Positions 7,931-15,521 of a DNA stretch of 19,096 nt are shown piece by piece. The notes under the pieces were generated by a model that was not told where the DNA came from, did no database searches, and saw only the letters and a list, made by a program, of their open reading frames with translations. Numbering within the stretch: position 1 is the first letter of the stretch; each line of letters begins with the position of its first letter. The DNA comes from Candidatus Woesearchaeota archaeon. GTDB taxonomy: Archaea > Nanobdellota > Nanobdellia > Pacearchaeales > GW2011-AR1. The DNA lies in the NCBI GenBank assembly GCA_964408905.1, contig CAYPBD010000003.1, positions 1-19,096 of the forward strand, written 5' to 3'. The translations under genes and the position numbers were made by a program.

Positions 7931-8353
7931 TTAAGACATAATTTTAGGAACACAGCATCTTTGTCCTCCAACAACATTTGACATAGAAGTTATATCATCT
8001 TCATTAGAAGAACATTCATTCTTTACAACTCCTTTACCCATAATACTTGTACATTCAAAACCACATTCAATTAAAGAACATTCTTCTACTCCATATTTTT
8101 CATATGCAGAAATAACTGCAAAGGTAGCACAATTTGTTTCAATTTCTGTCTGCCCATCTTTTATGGTTCTAACTTTTGTACAATAATCATATTTGCTGTT
8201 TGTTTCACATGCAGTAGCACATTGATTTACAAGAGTATTAACATTATTTGAAGCAAAAATATTCCAACCTATCACCAACCCCAATATTAAAATTACTAAC
8301 ACAATAACTACTGAAATTAATACCACACTCATTCCTTTCCTCTTTTTATTCAT
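7931..8353 (-). CDS. Prepilin-like (class III signal) Cys-rich secreted protein; start revised to ATG 8353
   Basis: The track start at 8359 is a GTG. The ATG at 8353-8351 gives MNKKRKG|MSVVLISVVIVLVILILGLVIG, matching the locus-wide leader consensus, with a TATA-like octamer 20 nt upstream. The mature part has about 12 Cys. Confidence 0.75.
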   Translation of the reverse strand: MNKKRKGMSVVLISVVIVLVILILGLVIGWNIFASNNVNTLVNQCATACETNSKYDYCTKVRTIKDGQTEIETNCATFAVISAYEKYGVEECSLIECGFECTSIMGKGVVKNECSSNEDDITSMSNVVGGQRCCVPKIMS

Positions 8354-8373
8354 ATTCACACAAAGTTATTTTA

Positions 8374-8381
8374 TTTTAAAA
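8374..8381 (-). promoter_or_regulatory. TATA-like candidate (TTTTAAAA), 20-nt spacer to ATG 8353
   Basis: Lies in the 34-nt intergenic gap. The spacing fits the pattern seen elsewhere in the window. Confidence 0.35.
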
Positions 8382-8387
8382 ATGTTC

Positions 8388-9080
8388 TCATTGATTCTCC
8401 TTTTTTCCAAAAGCTTTTGAAAACATCTCTGCAATCTTTCTAAGAAAATGCCTGTCTATTTTTTCCTGCTGCTTTTCTTCCTCTTCTTTCTTTTTCTTAT
8501 GAATCTCTCCCATATAAGATGATAAATAATAAATTCCAATCATCCCCACAACAATTATAAATAAAATAACAAATCTCCACACATTAGATTCTTTCCAAAA
8601 AATAAGCCATGCAAAAAATTCAATGATTGCTCTTAAAATCTTAAATTGTGCAAGAATAATTGTTAAAACAAATCCTATAACCATAGAAGTAGTAGAAGAA
8701 AAACTAGAATAATCAGTAAGAATTTCACTCATTTTTAAAAAAAGATAAAACCATAAAAGAATTATAGATAATAAAACTAAAGATAATGAATAATGTTCTC
8801 CAAATAAAACAACAAAAACAATATCTATTTTTTTAAGAAAAGAATCCATAGCAGAAACAAATCTGTTCTCTAATAAAATTTTCTTCCATTCTTCACCAAG
8901 ATAATCCCATCTTTTTTGTTCTATATCTTCTTTTATATCTTCTGCTTTTCCAATACCTTCTTCTAATTGTTCTCCGATTCCTTCTAAACCTTCTTCAAGA
9001 CCTTGAGCTTTTATAAAATATATTTGTAAAAAAAACAAAAACACAAATAAAAAAATAAACAAAAAACCTGCTTTTTTCAT
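8388..9080 (-). CDS. Polytopic membrane protein with a Sec-like signal, paralog of 9122-9772
   Basis: Signal-like MKKAGFLFIFLFVFLFFLQIYFIKAQG, an acidic segment, about 4 TM helices and a KKKKEEEEK-rich tail. It shares ILTDYSSFSSTTSMVIGFVLTIILAQFKIL with ILSNFGMFSETTAWVIGVSLSIVVANLKVI in the neighbouring gene. Confidence 0.7.
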   Translation of the reverse strand: MKKAGFLFIFLFVFLFFLQIYFIKAQGLEEGLEGIGEQLEEGIGKAEDIKEDIEQKRWDYLGEEWKKILLENRFVSAMDSFLKKIDIVFVVLFGEHYSLSLVLLSIILLWFYLFLKMSEILTDYSSFSSTTSMVIGFVLTIILAQFKILRAIIEFFAWLIFWKESNVWRFVILFIIVVGMIGIYYLSSYMGEIHKKKKEEEEKQQEKIDRHFLRKIAEMFSKAFGKKENQ

Positions 9081-9101
9081 ACAAAAAATATATCAAAGAA
9101 G

Positions 9102-9109
9102 TTTTTAAA
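9102..9109 (-). promoter_or_regulatory. TATA-like candidate (TTTAAAAA on the minus strand), 21-nt spacer to ATG 9080
   Basis: A/T octamer in the 41-nt intergenic gap. Confidence 0.35.
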
Positions 9110-9121
9110 GATTTTGAGAAA

Positions 9122-9772
9122 CTATGGATTCTTACCACCAAAAGCATTTGATGCTTTTCTAAAGGCCTTAATAGCAGATTCAACAGCTCCAGCACCTTTT
9201 TTTACAGCTTGCGCTTTTTTCTTAATCTTTTTTTTAGTTGACCATTCTCCTAATGTTTGAGCCAAAAAGATATTTAACACTAAAAAGATAATAAAAGGAA
9301 CAATAATTCCCACCATAACAGAAAAAGCACCTACTCCAGCAATAATTCCAAAAGACCAAACTGCAACATACATTATTACTTTTAGGTTTGCTACAACAAT
9401 TGATAAAGAAACTCCTATAACCCAAGCAGTTGTCTCAGAAAACATTCCAAAATTAGAAAGTATATCTCCAAAGGTAAAACAAAACATCACAAATAAAGCA
9501 AGTATTACAATTGATGCACTAATAGATCCCACTTCATTAATTAAAAATTGAGGAACTCCTCCAGCAATATAATTAAAAAAATTTAGTGCATCCCAATTTC
9601 CTTCCCATTTCTCATTTGCTATATCTCCAAAACGTTCATATTCTATATCTTTTATTGAAGAAGTTTTTTCTTGTTTGAAATTTTGTATAATAATTATTCC
9701 AACAATAATTAAAACAATTATAAGAAATATTTTAGCTATTCCTAATATTGCCCCTTTTTTATTTTTTATCAT
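9122..9772 (-). CDS. Prepilin-leader-bearing polytopic membrane protein; start revised to ATG 9772
   Basis: The track start at 9778 is a TTG. The ATG at 9772-9770 gives MIKNKKG|AILGIAKIFLIIVLIIVGIIII. Three to four further TM helices and a basic tail (KKKIKKKAQAVKKGAG..FGGKNP) follow. It is a paralog of 8388-9080. Confidence 0.72.
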   Translation of the reverse strand: MIKNKKGAILGIAKIFLIIVLIIVGIIIIQNFKQEKTSSIKDIEYERFGDIANEKWEGNWDALNFFNYIAGGVPQFLINEVGSISASIVILALFVMFCFTFGDILSNFGMFSETTAWVIGVSLSIVVANLKVIMYVAVWSFGIIAGVGAFSVMVGIIVPFIIFLVLNIFLAQTLGEWSTKKKIKKKAQAVKKGAGAVESAIKAFRKASNAFGGKNP

Positions 9773-9794
9773 TTTCAAATCAAAAACTTTTATA

Positions 9795-9802
9795 TTTATA
9801 AA
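9795..9802 (-). promoter_or_regulatory. TATA-box candidate (TTTATAAA), 22-nt spacer to ATG 9772
   Basis: Exact TTTATAAA in the 56-nt intergenic gap. Confidence 0.45.
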
Positions 9803-9828
9803 TATTTCTTTAATTTACAAACTATTTT

Positions 9829-10290
9829 TTACTCTGCAATAAGCAAAGGATTTTCTTTTGAAAGCCCCCATTCATCTTCACCCTGTCCATCAACATAACA
9901 AGGTCTTCCATTAACTAATACTTCATCTTTAAGAGTTTGACATTGTTCCTTTGCCAACCTATCTACTTTAATTGAATCACATTCTTCACCTAATTTTTCA
10001 AACTCAGCATAATTTTCTAAATATTCACAATTTGCATATTGTTTTGTTCCTGAAATTTCAACTTTCTGAAATAAATCACAATAACTAGTCTTTAAATTTA
10101 CTTCCGGAGAAGCATAACTTCCACATGCCTGTGCAGCAATCTCTACACTAGAAAACTTTTCAAAAATTTCTCCGATTGTTCCAAAAGCACCAGAGAAAAA
10201 AAGAATTATAATAACAGCAGCAACTACCATTACAATTAAAGGAATAAACCATTTATCGAGTTGTCCTTTTTTATCCATCCTCTTTTTCAT
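9829..10290 (-). CDS. Prepilin-like Cys-containing secreted protein, paralog of 7931-8353; start revised to ATG 10290
   Basis: The track ORF starts at a TTG (10371) inside the upstream gene. The internal ATG at 10290-10288 gives MKKRMDKKG|QLDKWFIPLIVMVVAAVIIILFF, and TTTATAAA sits 21 nt upstream. Its Cys spacing (YC-x16-NC-x15-EEC) parallels the 7931 protein. Confidence 0.75.
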   Translation of the reverse strand: MKKRMDKKGQLDKWFIPLIVMVVAAVIIILFFSGAFGTIGEIFEKFSSVEIAAQACGSYASPEVNLKTSYCDLFQKVEISGTKQYANCEYLENYAEFEKLGEECDSIKVDRLAKEQCQTLKDEVLVNGRPCYVDGQGEDEWGLSKENPLLIAE

Positions 10291-10311
10291 ATTTAAATTA
10301 TGATTAGATAA

Positions 10312-10319
10312 TTTATAAA
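10312..10319 (-). promoter_or_regulatory. TATA-box candidate (TTTATAAA), 21-nt spacer to ATG 10290
   Basis: Exact octamer in the gap between the stop at 10325 and ATG 10290. Confidence 0.45.
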
Positions 10320-10324
10320 TGTTT

Positions 10325-11140
10325 TTACATAGGAACAAAACTAAATTGAAGATTATCAAATTTCCCATCAATTAAAAATCTTTTTTTGCTTACCAAAGTA
10401 ACAAGAAAATATTTTTCACCATTAGTTTTTTCTTTTTCTATAACACTAACATTAAAATTAATTAAATCTCCATAACAATCTTCCATATCTTTAACATTTT
10501 TACATTTCTCTTTAACATCATAAATTTCATAAAAACTATTTAACCCAATTTTTTTCAAATTAAATTTCAAGGAAATTTCTGGAATATAAGTCAAATTAAT
10601 ATTTTCTACAAAACTATTCATTTCTAAATTATCAATTGTTATTATCAAAATATCTTTATTCACAACAACCTCAAAATTTTCATTCAAAATAATTTGTTTT
10701 AAATTATTTAGATAATCTTCTTCAAAATTATAATTTCCAAATTCATTTTCAAAATTCTCAATAAACCTATTTCTAAAATTTTCATCAAGTCTGTTATTAA
10801 TATTTTTAAATTCAATTTCTTTACCAGAAGTTATTGGATTATTAATATAATCACTATTCTCAACAAATTCATTATAAGTTTCTACAATTGCTTTTTCTTC
10901 TGCCTGATTAAGATAAAATTCAATTAAATCTTGTTTGGAATAAAAATTATTTATAAATTGGGCATTTGAAATTTTTGCTTTAACTTTGCCAGAACTAATA
11001 ACAAGACTAAAAAGAGTTACAGAAGCAACAAGCAAAACTAAAACAACAAGTAAAAGTACTGATAGATCTCCTTTTCTATTTTTGGGGAAAAAATTAAATT
11101 GTAAATATTTTGGCTTTTTTTTATTTTGTACAAATTTCAT
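10325..11140 (-). CDS. Prepilin-like protein, 271 aa, long basic leader
   Basis: ..FFPKNRKG|DLSVLLLVVLVLLVASVTLFSLVI followed by an N/E/F-rich soluble domain. Its ATG overlaps the stop of the upstream amidase gene by 1 nt (TAATG). Confidence 0.65.
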   Translation of the reverse strand: MKFVQNKKKPKYLQFNFFPKNRKGDLSVLLLVVLVLLVASVTLFSLVISSGKVKAKISNAQFINNFYSKQDLIEFYLNQAEEKAIVETYNEFVENSDYINNPITSGKEIEFKNINNRLDENFRNRFIENFENEFGNYNFEEDYLNNLKQIILNENFEVVVNKDILIITIDNLEMNSFVENINLTYIPEISLKFNLKKIGLNSFYEIYDVKEKCKNVKDMEDCYGDLINFNVSVIEKEKTNGEKYFLVTLVSKKRFLIDGKFDNLQFSFVPM

Positions 11141-12363
11141 TATTTTTCAACCCTCAATTTTAATCTTCTCATAAACTCTTCCCAAGGAAAAGCAGCACCA
11201 GGGTCATGTTTATTATTTGTGATTTCATCATGACCAATAATGTGATTCCTATCAACAGGAATATTATTTCTTTCAACAATTCCTGCAACTAATTTAACTA
11301 AAGAATCTATTTGTTCTTTTGTATAATTCTGCCAATGTTTAACTATTGTATCAGCAGGATGTATAAGACCTACTCCATCTGGACAATAAGGCTTAATTTT
11401 CTCTGCCCCACATGCAGAACCCCAATTTATAATCTCAATTCCAATTCCCCTTTGATTAAAACCTTTAATACAACAAAGTCCTTTATTACATCCTTGTATT
11501 AATTTTCCTGAATCTGTAATACACTCAGAATCACATTCAGGCAATGCATTTTCACCAACTCCACATCCAGCATGTTGTGCAGAATTCTTTTCCCATTCTC
11601 CTGTAACATCAGAAACATCCTCTCTCAAAATACATTCCTCAAGTCGCCATGCATCAAGCACGCACTCAGCAACTTTTCCATCTCTCTGTAAAATATATTG
11701 AACACTTAAATCTTTTCCTTTCAAAGCAGACTCCACCCCTTTATAAGAACCTCCTCCTGCAGTATAATGAATAACAACAGTGTCTTTTTCCAATCCCTGA
11801 AGTGTTATTTCTTCTTTTTTTTCTGTCACTTCTTCTTCACTAATATACAACCCAACAGGAACTTCTTTCCCATCTAAAAAAAGAATTGTCTTAGGAAGAT
11901 TATACAAAACATTATCATAATCATAAACAGATACATCTTTATTTATCAAAATATAATCTCCAAATAAATCAGAAGAATCATAATCCACAGTAAACAAATA
12001 TGAGTTTATTTCTTCTTTATCTAAAATATTCTCAACCTGTTCTTTTATTTTTTCTTTAGCATCTTTATCATCTAACACTTTCCATTCTAAAATCAAATCT
12101 TTTATTGTCTCTCCCTCATCTGTAGGAGTATTAAGAACTCTGACAAGATTTCTCTGACTTTGTAAATCTTCTAAATTACTTTCTTCATCAAGAGTAATAA
12201 CATTTTTTTGAAAAGAAACAACTTTGCTTCCACTTAATATTATTGCTATAACAACCATTCCAGATATAACAAAAAATATCATAATAAATGATGAAACCCA
12301 TGTCAAAGTCTTGCCTAATGTTGCTTTTTTAGATTTCAAAAAAATTAATTTATTTATTTTCAT
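11140..12363 (-). CDS. N-terminally anchored (prepilin-like?) N-acetylmuramoyl-L-alanine amidase (Amidase_2/AmpD/PGRP-type) with a Cys-rich insert; start revised to ATG 12363
   Basis: The track start at 12375 is a TTG. The ATG at 12363 lies one nucleotide downstream of the upstream gene's stop codon. The N-terminus is MKINKLIFLKSKKATLGKTLTWVSSFIMIFFVISGMVVIAIIL. The C-terminal domain has TVVIHYTAGG..LSVQYILQRDGKV..AQHAG..NQRGIGIEIINWG..YTKEQIDSLVKLV..IIGHDEITNNKHDPGAAFPWEEF, the Amidase_2 motif series including the AmpD-like GH..K.DPG..FPW. Confidence 0.8.
   Translation of the reverse strand: MKINKLIFLKSKKATLGKTLTWVSSFIMIFFVISGMVVIAIILSGSKVVSFQKNVITLDEESNLEDLQSQRNLVRVLNTPTDEGETIKDLILEWKVLDDKDAKEKIKEQVENILDKEEINSYLFTVDYDSSDLFGDYILINKDVSVYDYDNVLYNLPKTILFLDGKEVPVGLYISEEEVTEKKEEITLQGLEKDTVVIHYTAGGGSYKGVESALKGKDLSVQYILQRDGKVAECVLDAWRLEECILREDVSDVTGEWEKNSAQHAGCGVGENALPECDSECITDSGKLIQGCNKGLCCIKGFNQRGIGIEIINWGSACGAEKIKPYCPDGVGLIHPADTIVKHWQNYTKEQIDSLVKLVAGIVERNNIPVDRNHIIGHDEITNNKHDPGAAFPWEEFMRRLKLRVEK
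11167..11784 (-). other. Amidase_2 catalytic domain region of the 11140-12363 CDS, with the Cys-rich insert at about 11413-11574
   Basis: Zn-ligand candidates are His in VIHYT, His in IIGHDE and Asp in KHDPG. The insert HAGCGVGENALPECDSECITDSGKLIQGCNKGLCCIKGFNQRG carries 7 Cys between the conserved HAG and GIGIE blocks. Confidence 0.7.
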
Positions 12364-12364
12364 T

Positions 12365-12889
12365 TTACCTAACAACAGAAACTTTCCTGCCTGCCTGATT
12401 CGATGCAGCTAAAATTTCAAGTGTAACCTCTTCAATTTTATTGTCTTTGTAATATAAAGCAACTTCTCTTTCTCTAACACATTTTGGATAATATTTCGCA
12501 GTCACTCCTTCTTCTCCCTCCTGAATCTCACAATCTTTCTCAAATGAAAAATCACCTCCTTCAACTTCCTTCATCAAATAATCTGTTTCATTAAAAATCT
12601 GAATATTAAAATAAAAATCACTTCCTTCTCCAAAAATTTCTTTATTTAATTGACATTTTTCAAAAACATCAAAATCTTTTTCAGTCAATTCATCAATTAA
12701 AAAACCTTGCTTTATAACACAACTAACAATTTTTTCATAAATAATATTTGCCTCTACTTCTCTTATGTCAATACCAACAGAATGATAAGCCAAAACAGAT
12801 AAAACCACTCCTGCCCCAATAACTGCAAGTGCAAAAATCCACCAAATAGAAAGTAATTTTTCTCCTCCCTTTTTATTTAAAAATATCAT
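12365..12889 (-). CDS. Prepilin-like protein, 174 aa
   Basis: MIFLNKKG|GEKLLSIWWIFALAVIGAGVVLSVLA with 4 Cys in the soluble part. There is an ATGA start/stop overlap with the upstream gene. Confidence 0.7.
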   Translation of the reverse strand: MIFLNKKGGEKLLSIWWIFALAVIGAGVVLSVLAYHSVGIDIREVEANIIYEKIVSCVIKQGFLIDELTEKDFDVFEKCQLNKEIFGEGSDFYFNIQIFNETDYLMKEVEGGDFSFEKDCEIQEGEEGVTAKYYPKCVREREVALYYKDNKIEEVTLEILAASNQAGRKVSVVR

Positions 12890-13293
12890 GCTTCTATATT
12901 AGGTTTATTTATTATAATAATATAATTCCCATCAAGAGATTCATCAGGATATGCATTTACATCAACATCACTAATAAAAGAATAAGAATATCCTCCTCTT
13001 TCCCCCAATTTTACTGTCACAACATTATCCTTAATTTTCACAATATCTTCAAAACTTATTTTATTTTCTTCAGCAAGTTCCATTCCTTCTTTCATATTTA
13101 ATTTAATTTCCATTACAGGTTCAGCAGAATCAATCAATAATGCAATTTGTTTTGCATATGCCTGTTCATAAACGATTACACCTCCAGAAGACCTAAAAAC
13201 AAATATCAACAAAGCAGAAATAAAAATTATATTTACAATAATAAAAATAACAGTAGGGTAAATTACATCTGTTGCTGCCCCTTTTTTGTTCAT
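12886..13293 (-). CDS. Prepilin-like protein, 135 aa
   Basis: MNKKG|AATDVIYPTVIFIIVNIIFISALLIFVF followed by a small beta-rich domain. A TATA-like octamer lies 22 nt upstream. Confidence 0.72.
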   Translation of the reverse strand: MNKKGAATDVIYPTVIFIIVNIIFISALLIFVFRSSGGVIVYEQAYAKQIALLIDSAEPVMEIKLNMKEGMELAEENKISFEDIVKIKDNVVTVKLGERGGYSYSFISDVDVNAYPDESLDGNYIIIINKPNIEA

Positions 13294-13315
13294 ATTTAAT
13301 TAAAACATAAAGAAT

Positions 13316-13323
13316 ATTATAAA
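13316..13323 (-). promoter_or_regulatory. TATA-box candidate (TTTATAAT on the minus strand), 22-nt spacer to ATG 13293
   Basis: Lies in the 41-nt intergenic gap. Confidence 0.4.
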
Positions 13324-13334
13324 CCTAACTAAAA

Positions 13335-14432
13335 CTAAGGAATACTTTCAATCACAGAACAATAACTTTGAATATCCTTTAAGTTATAATTAACTGCCCT
13401 AACAACACTACATCCATTACGTGCTTCTTCTCCAACAGAAATATCTCCACAATAACCTGCAGTCACTCCCCTATTATAAGCTACATTTAATTGTTGAATC
13501 CCTACTCCTACAATCGCTACAGCAAGGGTTATTAATCCCCCCTTAACGCCAATTGTTTTTAATCCTTTTACAGTTAATGAAGCTCCTGCAAAATGAGCGC
13601 CTACTGCTCCAATTCCAAGGACACCTTTTCCAATATTCAAAAGAGAATCCCCATGACCAGGAGCAGAAATCTGCATAAACAAAACAGCCATCTCATCTTT
13701 TGGTTCTTTCAAAGGATCTTCCCATTCATCCAAATTAGAAGAATCAATTGTAGTAGAATCTTCTTCACCAACTACAGGTATTTCGCCCTCTTTAGATTTT
13801 TCTTCTTCAATATCTTTCACTTCAATAGAATCAATATCAGATGCACTGAATTGACCTCCTTCTCCTGATAAATAAGCATAATAAGAAATATTCCCATTTG
13901 GAATTTTATGTGTTCTCATATATTCTAAAACATTTATATCATCTAAATCCAAATCCAACTTTTCATCAAATGCTATTCTTGAACATATTACACAAGTAGG
14001 GTATACTCCTCCAATTCCAAAAGTATCTGCCCAGTATTGAGAAAACAAAGATACTTTTCCTTCACCCATTGTTGTCCAACAATCCACAATTTCCTGGGAA
14101 ATTAATTTTTCAACATCTTTCACTTCACCAACTTTAGCTTTTGTAATTCCTTTTACATTCTTAAAATCTTCTTCACATTTCCCTCCAATAATTCCAGAAG
14201 TTACACAAATTTTAGAGGTCTTACACTTTAAAGGAACCAAACCCTGTGTTTCTGAAGGAACTGTTGCTCTTAAAACCACAGATTGATGACAGACCTCTCT
14301 GTCAATACGTCCTGTCCAGCTAATTTGAGAAAAAACAAGAAGAACAATTGCAAAACCAGCAATTAATAAAATTAATGTAACCAATTGTTGAGCAGTAATT
14401 GCTCCTTTTTTATTTATATTATTTTTTATCAT
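13335..14432 (-). CDS. Prepilin-like protein, 365 aa, with a Cys-rich domain, acidic linker and Gly-rich hydrophobic C-terminal module
   Basis: MIKNNINKKG|AITAQQLVTLILLIAGFAIVLLVF with 10 Cys overall. The acidic linker is DIEEEKSKEGEIPVVGEEDSTTIDSSNLDEWEDPLKEPKDE. The segment SLLNIGKGVLGIGAVGAHFAGASLTVKGLKTIGVKGGLITLAVAIVGVGIQQL follows. Confidence 0.75.
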   Translation of the reverse strand: MIKNNINKKGAITAQQLVTLILLIAGFAIVLLVFSQISWTGRIDREVCHQSVVLRATVPSETQGLVPLKCKTSKICVTSGIIGGKCEEDFKNVKGITKAKVGEVKDVEKLISQEIVDCWTTMGEGKVSLFSQYWADTFGIGGVYPTCVICSRIAFDEKLDLDLDDINVLEYMRTHKIPNGNISYYAYLSGEGGQFSASDIDSIEVKDIEEEKSKEGEIPVVGEEDSTTIDSSNLDEWEDPLKEPKDEMAVLFMQISAPGHGDSLLNIGKGVLGIGAVGAHFAGASLTVKGLKTIGVKGGLITLAVAIVGVGIQQLNVAYNRGVTAGYCGDISVGEEARNGCSVVRAVNYNLKDIQSYCSVIESIP

Positions 14433-14528
14433 TTAAATTCCTGTTAAAACTTTAATTACAAAATAAACTGCTGCACAAACTATAACAAAAAAGACAATCC
14501 ACAATAAAGTTTGCACAATTTTTTTCAT
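14433..14528 (-). CDS. Possible 31-aa single-TM micro-protein (not in the ORF track)
   Basis: The ATG at 14528-14526 gives MKKIVQTLLWIVFFVIVCAAVYFVIKVLTGI, with the stop at 14435-14433 directly abutting the ATG of the next gene. It fills an otherwise unexplained 120-nt gap in a tightly packed operon. No homology support. Confidence 0.3.
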   Translation of the reverse strand: MKKIVQTLLWIVFFVIVCAAVYFVIKVLTGI

Positions 14529-14552
14529 TGTTGTATTCTCTCTCCCATCATT

Positions 14553-15521
14553 TTATTCACAAATATAAAATCTTATATATCCTCCTATAGCTCTTTCTTT
14601 ATTAATTTGATTAAAACATATTTGTTTTTCTTCAAGAACAGAACAAGATTTTGTATCTCCTTCTGAAATGAAAATTGGATTATTAAACCAGATTGAATCA
14701 AATGTAGATAAAATTATTTTTCCTCCTTTTATTTCTTCTTTATTAATTAAATCTCTCAAATAATTTTGGAATTCTCCTTCAAGAACTTTTTTCAAATCTT
14801 TATTAACTTTTATTTCAGAACAATCACCAAGCAATTTCATAAAAAGCGAACTAACTTTTGTTTTCTCTCCTTCAAACTCAACTTCTTTATCTAAAAAATC
14901 AGTCAAAATATCAGAATCAATTTCTATATCAGAGATAGAAATATTATTTCCTTCTTTTTTAAAAGATAATTTTTTTGGAATTTCATAAAAAGAAATCCAG
15001 TTAACAAATGAAATTGTTGTTCCTTTAGGTAAAGGATTTTCCCTTCCTCCAAAATAAGCATCTCTTATTTTAATTCTATCATCAACATTCTTACAAATTC
15101 CTTCTTTTTCACATTTATCAAGTCCGCCAGTAGGATAGCCTGCTAATTCTTCTTTTGTATAAAAATAATCTCCATAAGGTGCACCATCCACTGTTGTAAT
15201 CTGCGCTATTAAATCTATTCCAGGACAAAGACACAAACAATTCTCTCCTTTGCATTGTGTAGGCATATTTTCTTCTCCATTATAAGAAACCAAATACCAT
15301 TCTTTAGGTGATGTAATAAGAAAATCTCCTTTTTCTCCATCTTCTAAACTATTAATTTCAGCAATAATCTGATTAAGATTTTCTTTTGCCTGTTCAACTT
15401 TTGTCTTTTGAATTGCAATCCCATACAAACTAAAACCCAAATAAAAAAGAAGACCTATACAAATAACTGCAATAATCATCTTCAATGCTTCAGATGCTAA
15501 AATTCCCCTTTTATTTTTCAT
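14553..15521 (-). CDS. Prepilin-like protein, 322 aa, Cys-rich
   Basis: MKNKRG|ILASEALKMIIAVICIGLLFYLGF, with Glu at +5 as in bacterial type IV pilins. Clustered Cys include TQCKGENCLCLCPG and KCEKEGICKN. The start overlaps the upstream gene by 11 nt. Confidence 0.75.
   Translation of the reverse strand: MKNKRGILASEALKMIIAVICIGLLFYLGFSLYGIAIQKTKVEQAKENLNQIIAEINSLEDGEKGDFLITSPKEWYLVSYNGEENMPTQCKGENCLCLCPGIDLIAQITTVDGAPYGDYFYTKEELAGYPTGGLDKCEKEGICKNVDDRIKIRDAYFGGRENPLPKGTTISFVNWISFYEIPKKLSFKKEGNNISISDIEIDSDILTDFLDKEVEFEGEKTKVSSLFMKLLGDCSEIKVNKDLKKVLEGEFQNYLRDLINKEEIKGGKIILSTFDSIWFNNPIFISEGDTKSCSVLEEKQICFNQINKERAIGGYIRFYICE

Noticed and set aside
9829-10371. The 180-aa version of this ORF has the N-terminal extension MMGNLIIFNLVLFLCKNIYKLSNHNLN.
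   Set aside because: The extension begins at a TTG and overlaps the 3' end of the upstream gene by 47 nt. It also contains the TTTATAAA promoter candidate. The internal ATG at 10290 yields the consensus MKKRMDKKG leader.
11140-12363. The amidase as a prophage endolysin or remnant of a mobile element.
   Set aside because: No integrase, capsid, terminase, holin or repeat boundaries occur anywhere in the window. The gene has an N-terminal membrane/export segment and is translationally coupled to pilin-like genes on both sides. I could see no compositional difference by eye.
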